A stretch of DNA of 32,000 bases from Candidatus Saccharimonadota bacterium (GTDB lineage Bacteria; Patescibacteriota; Saccharimonadia; Saccharimonadales; Saccharimonadaceae): positions 570,001-602,000 of the forward strand of contig JBDSDX010000001.1 in NCBI GenBank assembly GCA_039920285.1, written 5' to 3'. The notes under the pieces are model-generated. The model saw nothing but the letters and a program-made list of their open reading frames with translations. It made no database searches and was not told the DNA's origin. This document shows, piece by piece, positions 25,741-32,000 of the stretch (its first letter is position 1; every line of letters starts with the position of its first letter). A program made the translations under genes and the position numbers.

Positions 25741-25769
25741 TTGCAAAACGGCTGCATAAGCACTATAGT
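25741..25769 (+). promoter_or_regulatory. tdk promoter
   Basis: TTGCAA, 17-nt spacer, TATAGT, starting 4 nt after repeat copy B. Confidence 0.5.
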
Positions 25770-25830
25770 GAGTTCATCACTGAGGTGAAAACAAAAAGGG
25801 TGTGAACAATACAGAATATGGGGGAAATAG

Positions 25831-26445
25831 GTGTCGAAACTTCATTTTAAGTACGGGGCGATGAATAGCGGTAAAAGCGATACGCTTATTAAAACTGCCT
25901 ACAATTATTTAGAGCGTGGCCTTTCAATCGTTGTTTTGAAACCGAGTGTTGATACAAAAGGTGATACACAGATCATTGCTCGTGGTGGCGCTCAGCGCAC
26001 GGTTGATATCCTCGCGACACCCGACCTTGATCTCCGCATAGCAGTAAAGAAGTTCGCCAAAGACAATGCCATTACCCATCTCTCATGCATCCTTATCGAC
26101 GAGGCTCAATTTTTGACTCCTGATCAGATCGATCAGTTATTTTCGATTGCTAAAGAAGACCAGACATCTGTTATAGCCTATGGACTCAGAGCTGATTTCC
26201 AAACAAAACTCTTTCCTGGGAGCAAGCGCCTTATTGAACTTGCGGACAATATCGAAAAACTCCCAACGATGTGTCGTTGTGGCAACCAAGCCGAGTTTAA
26301 CTGTCGCAAGGTAAACGACCAGTATATATTCGAAGGAGAACAAGTCGCAATTGATGGTGAAGGGAGCGTGACGTACGACTCGCTCTGCGGAACATGTTAT
26401 TTAACAGAGAAGGCGCTCGCAGCGTCCAAAAACACAACGAAATAG
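25831..26445 (+). CDS. tdk: thymidine kinase
   Basis: GTG start after GGGGGAAA. GAMNSGKS P-loop, IDEAQF motif and C-terminal zinc-ribbon cysteines (CRCG...CGTC). Confidence 0.9.
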   Translation: MSKLHFKYGAMNSGKSDTLIKTAYNYLERGLSIVVLKPSVDTKGDTQIIARGGAQRTVDILATPDLDLRIAVKKFAKDNAITHLSCILIDEAQFLTPDQIDQLFSIAKEDQTSVIAYGLRADFQTKLFPGSKRLIELADNIEKLPTMCRCGNQAEFNCRKVNDQYIFEGEQVAIDGEGSVTYDSLCGTCYLTEKALAASKNTTK

Positions 26446-26489
26446 ACCAGCCCGAACGGGTATACTAAAACAAACAAAGGGGAAGCAAC

Positions 26490-27890
26490 GTGGCACAAGC
26501 ACTGTATCGAAAATATCGGAGCAAATCATTGGCGGAAATCGTTGGCCAATCACATATTACTGATATTCTCAGCCGAGCAATTAAAGCTGGGCGTATTTCG
26601 CATGCCTATCTCCTAACTGGACCTCGTGGTGTTGGTAAAACATCGGTTGCTCGTATCTTGGCGCACGAGATTAACCAATTACCGTACAGTGATGACTCGA
26701 CTCACTTAGATATCATCGAAATTGATGCCGCCAGCAACAATGGTGTTGAGGATGTCCGTGATCTCCGCGAAAAGGTACAAATTGCACCAGTCTCTGCAGC
26801 CAAGAAAGTCTACATTATCGATGAAGTCCATATGCTTTCAAAAGCTGCCTTTAATGCACTTCTTAAAACCCTCGAAGAGCCGCCTGAACACGTTGTTTTT
26901 ATCCTTGCGACAACTGATGTCGACAAACTTCCTGCAACAATCATCAGTCGAACTCAGCGCTACAGTTTCCGTGCTATTAGCGAACCCGATGCTATCACAC
27001 ATCTTCGTTTTATCGCTGATGAAGAAAAGATAAAAATTGACGACGAATCTTTAGCAATTATTGCGACTCGTGGTGATGGAAGTTTCCGTGACAGCATTAG
27101 CTTACTCGATCAAATAGCGAGCCTCGCCGACGAAAAGACTGGTATCACCGCAGATCTCGTCACCAATACTCTCGGTCTTGCACCGCTGACGGTCGTCGCC
27201 GACCTGCTTGCAGCCGTGGAGACTCATGACGTCACAAGAATCGCACAACTCTTACGTGATACAGAAGCCGATGGCATTAGCCCCGCCACGTTAACGCAAC
27301 AACTCACACTGAAGCTTCGTGAACTAATATCTGAAAAACCTCAATTCCTTCCCTTGTTCGACGGTCTACTCGACGTTGCTCGATCAAGCCAACCCTCTCT
27401 GAAACTTTTGAGTACACTCGGCACTGCTGCTTTAGAGAACAAACCCACCAAAACAGCAGCTCTCGCAACTCCTGTCCTCGAAATCACGGCCACCATCGAA
27501 GAACTCTCGAAACAAGCCACGCGCATCAAGCCATCGCTAAAAGTTGAGCCAATAAGTGAAGGGCCCCTGAAAAAGAGAAGTGCTTCACTTGCGGTCTTCG
27601 ACTCAACCGAGCTGATTACATACACAAAAAAGAACTACGTTGCCCTCTATAGCGTCCTCGTTAAGTGTACCTTTGAACTCAATGGCAGTGATTTAACCCT
27701 ATATACCGTCAACACTTTTTACAAAAAGAAGCTTGATGACCTTAAATACAGTTCACACCTTTACGAGTCACTCAAAGCGCTTGGTTATGAACTCACTATC
27801 CACACAATTCCCACAACTAAACCTCCCCAAGATAGCCAGGCTGCTGCTATAGCTGTTATTATGGGCGGAGGAGAAGAGGTCGCGATTTAA
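26490..27890 (+). CDS. dnaX: DNA polymerase III subunit gamma/tau
   Basis: GTG start after AAGGGGAA. GPRGVGKTS Walker A, IIDEVHML Walker B, and SRTQRY sensor motif. Confidence 0.9.
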   Translation: MAQALYRKYRSKSLAEIVGQSHITDILSRAIKAGRISHAYLLTGPRGVGKTSVARILAHEINQLPYSDDSTHLDIIEIDAASNNGVEDVRDLREKVQIAPVSAAKKVYIIDEVHMLSKAAFNALLKTLEEPPEHVVFILATTDVDKLPATIISRTQRYSFRAISEPDAITHLRFIADEEKIKIDDESLAIIATRGDGSFRDSISLLDQIASLADEKTGITADLVTNTLGLAPLTVVADLLAAVETHDVTRIAQLLRDTEADGISPATLTQQLTLKLRELISEKPQFLPLFDGLLDVARSSQPSLKLLSTLGTAALENKPTKTAALATPVLEITATIEELSKQATRIKPSLKVEPISEGPLKKRSASLAVFDSTELITYTKKNYVALYSVLVKCTFELNGSDLTLYTVNTFYKKKLDDLKYSSHLYESLKALGYELTIHTIPTTKPPQDSQAAAIAVIMGGGEEVAI

Positions 27891-27914
27891 CTGTAGCGAT
27901 CCGAGTGTAGGGTT

Positions 27915-29264
27915 ATGGCGACGAAAGATGTTCCCGCAGGGAAAATTCCACCACAAAACTTAGATGCCGAGATGAGTCTGCTCGGTGCTGTTTTGATTGA
28001 TGAGGAAACACTGTCTGATATTTCTGAACACGTCAAACCGCACGACTTTTATGACAAGCGCCACGGCTTGATCTATGACGCAATGATGCGTCTTTACGAA
28101 AAGCACAAACCAGTTGACCTTCTCACGTTGACTGAAGAATTAAAGAAAAAAAATGATATTGAAACAATCGGTGGTTCAGCGTACTTAACAGACCTCACCA
28201 ACTATGTTCCGACCGCTGCCCACGCCGAGGCATATGCCGAACTCGTTGCCCAAAAAGCAATTCGACGTCGCTTAATTAAGGCCAGCGCTGAAATCTCAGA
28301 ACTTGGCTTTGACGAGGAAACTTCAACGGCTGAATTACTCGAGCAAGCAGAAGCTGAACTATTCTCAGTCAGCGACCAATCACTGCGTCAAGATCTTGTA
28401 AGTATCGAAAGTATTCTGACAGAAAGCTTTGATCGTATGGAAGAACTTCACCGTAACAAGGGGAGTCTTCGTGGCGTGCGTACCGGCTACCGTGATCTCG
28501 ACAATATGACCGCCGGACTCCAACGCAGCGACCTTATCATCTTGGCAGCGCGTCCTGCGATGGGTAAAACAACGCTCGTGACCAACTTGGCATACAACGT
28601 TGCGACCATCGCCAAACAACCAGTGCTTTTCTTTAGCCTCGAGATGAGTAAAGAACAACTTGTCGACCGTATGTTGGCCGACGCTTCTGGTGTCGATGGG
28701 TGGAATATTCGTACCGGTAACCTCTCTGATGAAGATTTTAGTAAATTATCTGAAGCGATGGGTGAAATGGCTGAAGCACCGATTTTTATTGATGATACGC
28801 CTGGTGTCAGTGTGCTTGAAATGCGTACCAAAGCTCGCCGAGCTGCTCACGAGCAACCACTAGGACTTATCATCGTCGACTACTTGCAGTTGATGCAGGG
28901 AAGTGGCCGTGATAACGGCAACCGTGTCCAAGAGGTGAGTGAGATCTCTCGTGGCCTCAAATTGCTAGCTCGTGAATTAAATGTTCCTGTTATTGCACTG
29001 TCACAACTGTCTCGTTCTGTTGAATCTCGTTCGCCACAAATTCCACAACTTGCCGACCTCCGTGAATCAGGATCAATCGAGCAAGATGCCGATATCGTTA
29101 TGTTTATCTACCGTGAAGCCTATTACAACCCTGACACTGAACGAGGTAATATTACCGACCTCTATATTGCAAAACACCGTAACGGACCGACTGGAAAAGT
29201 AGAACTCTACTTCCACCCTGAACGCCTCCGTTTCATGTCGCTTGACCGCAAGCACGATGCGTAA
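27915..29264 (+). CDS. dnaB: replicative DNA helicase DnaB
   Basis: PPQNLDAEMSLLGAVL N-terminus, AARPAMGKTT Walker A, IVDYLQLM and QLSR motifs. Confidence 0.95.
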   Translation: MATKDVPAGKIPPQNLDAEMSLLGAVLIDEETLSDISEHVKPHDFYDKRHGLIYDAMMRLYEKHKPVDLLTLTEELKKKNDIETIGGSAYLTDLTNYVPTAAHAEAYAELVAQKAIRRRLIKASAEISELGFDEETSTAELLEQAEAELFSVSDQSLRQDLVSIESILTESFDRMEELHRNKGSLRGVRTGYRDLDNMTAGLQRSDLIILAARPAMGKTTLVTNLAYNVATIAKQPVLFFSLEMSKEQLVDRMLADASGVDGWNIRTGNLSDEDFSKLSEAMGEMAEAPIFIDDTPGVSVLEMRTKARRAAHEQPLGLIIVDYLQLMQGSGRDNGNRVQEVSEISRGLKLLARELNVPVIALSQLSRSVESRSPQIPQLADLRESGSIEQDADIVMFIYREAYYNPDTERGNITDLYIAKHRNGPTGKVELYFHPERLRFMSLDRKHDA

Positions 29265-29287
29265 AGTGGTATAATCAAAAGTATTCT

Positions 29288-30718
29288 ATGGCGTCCCTAG
29301 ATCCAAACAAGTTCATTATTTACCGATGGCGTTACATCGTCGGGTATGCCACTATTGGTCTGCTCCTTGCTGGACTCCTAATCTTCGCTGGGCTTTTCGT
29401 TCCGGGTGGTGTGTCACCAGAGGAAATGCGAGCGACAGTCAGCGCTGACGCTGTCTCGTTAACGAACCTTGATACACTCGCAATCGCCAGTCTCCCATAT
29501 TATCTCTTTCAAGCAGGTATCTTCCACCTCTTTGGCATCTACGAGTTCACTATTAAGCTCCCCTCACTTATTCTGGCGCTTTTTTCGGCAATCGGACTCA
29601 TCTTACTGCTTCGCCGTTGGTTTAAACCCAACATCGCAGTACTTGCATCTCTTATCGCTGTGACGACTGGACAGTTCTTGTTCGTCGCTCAAAATGGGAC
29701 ACCGGGTATTCTGTACATTTTTTGGCCAGTTGTATTATTGCTTCTCGGAACTCAGGTTACACGCGCCAAAAAGGGGAAACTATTTTGGAAATTGTCATTC
29801 GCGACATCGGCCGCTCTCAGCCTTTATACGCCTTTGAGCCTGTATCCATTATTGGCAATCGTCTTAGCGATTGCGCTCCATCCACATCTTCGTAACGCTG
29901 TCCGTCGTTTATCAAAGATACAAGTATCTCTCAGTATCTTGCTCGGCCTTGTTGTTGTTGCGCCACTTGGACTGATTATTTGGCACGACCCCCAGATCAG
30001 CCTGACGATGCTTGGTTTCCCAGCAACATTACCACCTGACATTGCTGCTAACTTCCAAGTTATCGTTCACCAATACTTCGACTTCTGGAAACCAAGTACA
30101 ACAACCCTAATGACACCTGTCTTTGGACTTGGCTCAGCAATTCTGATCGGGCTTGGTCTCTACCGTTTAATCCGGACGCGTGAAACAACACGCAGTTATC
30201 TCATTATTATTTGGCTCATTTGTTTAGTGCCAGTAATACTTATCAATCCAAGTTTCACGAGCGTCACATTTTTACCATCAGTCTTATTACTCGCAGCCGG
30301 GTTAACGAGCCTTATAGGATATTGGTACCGTTTATTCCCACACAACCCTTACGCACGTGTCACTGGACTCATTCCGTTAGTTATTCTGGTTGTCGTCTTG
30401 ATGGGATCTGGGCTCGACCGATTCATCTACGGGTATCACTATGACCCCAACACGGCGGTTAATTTTTCAAAAGATTTAACATTGATTCCAGCCAGCACAA
30501 AACTCCTCGTTGTCACCCAAGATGAATTACCGTTTTATCAAGCCGTCTCTCATCACCGCGAGAACCTCAAAGTTGCATTGCAACCAACAGGTAAAACTTT
30601 TACTGCAACGCGTGCTGCTAAGAACAATTTCACTGGGTATGTTATCAGTCGAATCGTCACCACAACCTATTCATCCGATAGCGACCGGTTGTATGTCTAT
30701 AAAAAGGCCGTACAGTAA
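29288..30718 (+). CDS. polytopic membrane protein, GT-C (ArnT/PMT-like) glycosyltransferase candidate
   Basis: About 11-12 TM segments followed by a soluble C-terminal domain. The family call rests on topology and N-terminal loop resemblance only. Confidence 0.5.
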   Translation: MASLDPNKFIIYRWRYIVGYATIGLLLAGLLIFAGLFVPGGVSPEEMRATVSADAVSLTNLDTLAIASLPYYLFQAGIFHLFGIYEFTIKLPSLILALFSAIGLILLLRRWFKPNIAVLASLIAVTTGQFLFVAQNGTPGILYIFWPVVLLLLGTQVTRAKKGKLFWKLSFATSAALSLYTPLSLYPLLAIVLAIALHPHLRNAVRRLSKIQVSLSILLGLVVVAPLGLIIWHDPQISLTMLGFPATLPPDIAANFQVIVHQYFDFWKPSTTTLMTPVFGLGSAILIGLGLYRLIRTRETTRSYLIIIWLICLVPVILINPSFTSVTFLPSVLLLAAGLTSLIGYWYRLFPHNPYARVTGLIPLVILVVVLMGSGLDRFIYGYHYDPNTAVNFSKDLTLIPASTKLLVVTQDELPFYQAVSHHRENLKVALQPTGKTFTATRAAKNNFTGYVISRIVTTTYSSDSDRLYVYKKAVQ

Positions 30719-30758
30719 CGTATAATTAAGATAGTAAGTAAAGACGGAGTTAAGAATT

Positions 30759-31049
30759 ATGGCTTTTGACCAAGTAAAGATGTTGAACCAACTGCGCAAA
30801 GCGCAAAATGAATTGAAAAAAGAAGTAGTAGAAGTTGAAGCGGGTGATGGTGCTGTCATTGTGCAAATCACGGGTGAAATCAAAATTAAGAAAATCACTA
30901 TTGATGCAGAACGAGTTGATGTCGACGACATCGGCGAACTTGAGCACTGGATTGAAATTGCGATTCGCGATGGGCTTGTGAAAGCACAAGAAATCGCTGC
31001 TGAAAAAATGAAGCCTCTTATGGGCGGACTCGGCAACCTAGGACTGTAG
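30759..31049 (+). CDS. ybaB: YbaB/EbfC nucleoid-associated protein
   Basis: ~96 aa with MLNQLRKAQNELKK...GGLGNLGL. Lies directly upstream of recR. Confidence 0.85.
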   Translation: MAFDQVKMLNQLRKAQNELKKEVVEVEAGDGAVIVQITGEIKIKKITIDAERVDVDDIGELEHWIEIAIRDGLVKAQEIAAEKMKPLMGGLGNLGL

Positions 31050-31051
31050 TC

Positions 31052-31666
31052 GTGGCACGCTTGCTGCCCGTTGCACTCGAAAAACTGATTGATGAACTCG
31101 GCCGTCTGCCGGGTGTCGGTGTACGTACTGCGGAACGGTACGCTTATTTCTTGCTTCGAGCAGACCAGCGCATTAACGACGGGCTGGCTACTGCTATCCA
31201 TGATGTTCACGCACAAGTGAAGACTTGTCCTATCACTTTTGCCCTTATTGATGCTGACGACGACGTATCTGCACTGTATAGTGATCCTGATCGTGACAAA
31301 ACAACGATTGCTGTTGTCGAGGAACCCCTCGACATTGTCGCCCTGGAGCGCACAGGACAGTTTAAAGGCACATACCATGTCTTAGGAGGAGCTATTAGCC
31401 CTATCGATGGTATCGGCCCTGAGCAGCTTCATATCCCTGAATTACTAAAACGCTTAACCGATGACCACGTAAAAGAGGTGATTATCGCCACTAACGCGAG
31501 CGTTGAAGGGGAATCAACTGCACTCTTTTTGCAACGTCACGTGCTCGACGCTCAGATTGATGTCATCATGACTCGACTAGCACGAGGCATACCCGTTGGC
31601 GTTGATCTTGAGTACGCCGATCAAATTACACTCTCACACGCCCTCGAAGGCCGACGAACACTCTAA
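31052..31666 (+). CDS. recR: recombination protein RecR (zinc-finger cysteines degenerate)
   Basis: GTG start. HhH motif LPGVGVRTAERYAYFLL and Toprim VVEEPLDIVALERTGQFKGTYHVLGG. Only one of the four canonical cysteines is present. Confidence 0.9.
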   Translation: MARLLPVALEKLIDELGRLPGVGVRTAERYAYFLLRADQRINDGLATAIHDVHAQVKTCPITFALIDADDDVSALYSDPDRDKTTIAVVEEPLDIVALERTGQFKGTYHVLGGAISPIDGIGPEQLHIPELLKRLTDDHVKEVIIATNASVEGESTALFLQRHVLDAQIDVIMTRLARGIPVGVDLEYADQITLSHALEGRRTL

Positions 31667-31687
31667 TCTCTGGTACAATAAGACCCA

Positions 31688-32000
31688 ATGTTCGATAATG
31701 CAATTGATCTCATGAAAGCGGCAAAGAAAATTGTCGTGATTCAGGCTGAAAACCCCGACGGTGATTCGCTCGGAAGCGCTTTGGGTCTCGAAGAAATCCT
31801 CAGCGATCTTGGTAAGGTGGTGAGTCTCTACTGTGACGTCGAAACACCGAAATACCTTCGCTATATCAACGGTTGGGACCGTGTGAGTCAAGATTTTGAT
31901 ACTTCGGCTGACCTCGCAATTATTGTCGACACGAGTAGCGAAACCTTAATCGGTAAATCACTTGATCTTCCTGGCGTCCGACATTTCTACGAAACACATC
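31688..32000 (+). CDS. partial CDS (5' end), DHH-family phosphoesterase (NrnA-like)
   Basis: Open frame from ATG 31688 to the window edge. IVVIQAENPDGDSLGSALGL is the DHH motif I/II context. Confidence 0.7.
   Translation, partial: MFDNAIDLMKAAKKIVVIQAENPDGDSLGSALGLEEILSDLGKVVSLYCDVETPKYLRYINGWDRVSQDFDTSADLAIIVDTSSETLIGKSLDLPGVRHFYETH

Noticed and set aside
25423-25805. Minus-strand ORF 25423-25716 and + strand ORF 25611-25805 around the end of cassette B
   Set aside because: Both are shadow ORFs produced by high local G+C. They run across the hairpin, the conserved tail and the tdk promoter, and neither has a start context.
28146-28153. A8 homopolymer in dnaB as a slippage or phase-variation site
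   Set aside because: The frame is intact and encodes the expected KKKN segment. An essential helicase is an unlikely phase-variable gene.
1-32000. Alternative genetic code (UGA recoding as in some CPR lineages)
   Set aside because: TGA terminates well-defined genes at the expected lengths, for example the thioredoxin-like gene at 1743-1745. Conserved genes show no in-frame TGA.

Overview
Gene-dense bacterial chromosome segment. Spot counts give about 40-45% G+C, and TGA, TAA and TAG all act as stops (standard code). The many small membrane or secreted orphan genes, salvage-type nucleotide genes and tight gene packing suggest a small-genome Patescibacteria/CPR-like organism, possibly Saccharibacteria-like; that is inference only. 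From left to right: two phage tail-fibre-like genes; a thioredoxin/CcdA pair; a MarR-FKBP operon divergent from an MFS exporter; NUDIX and HAD hydrolases; secreted and Pro/Thr-rich orphans; a P-loop kinase-like gene with a DUF45 metallohydrolase; an orphan sensor histidine kinase; and a GT2 glycosyltransferase. The secE-nusG-rplK-rplA-rplJ-rplL cluster follows but is split by insertions: a 142-aa ORF, a 595-aa surface protein, and a 5-kb block carrying thyA, folA, dcd and tmk plus two unknown genes. rpoBC does not follow rplL. That position instead holds a 172-aa orphan and two tandem, self-contained high-GC cassettes (about 55-63% G+C by spot counts). Each cassette has a near-consensus promoter, a helix-hairpin-helix (RpoA alpha-CTD-like) ORF, a GC-rich hairpin and a conserved 41-43-nt tail. 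This is the most unusual feature in the window. The right end carries tdk, dnaX, dnaB, a GT-C-like membrane protein, ybaB, recR and a partial DHH phosphoesterase. Other points of interest are ribosomal protein L1 with a ~110-aa N-terminal extension, an in-phase A_AAA_AAG heptamer in dnaX, a RecR lacking three of four zinc-finger cysteines, and a recurrent extended -10 box 6-9 nt upstream of ATG that suggests leaderless mRNAs. No tRNA, rRNA, CRISPR array, transposase or integrase was found. All homology calls rest on motif recognition by eye; no searches were run.
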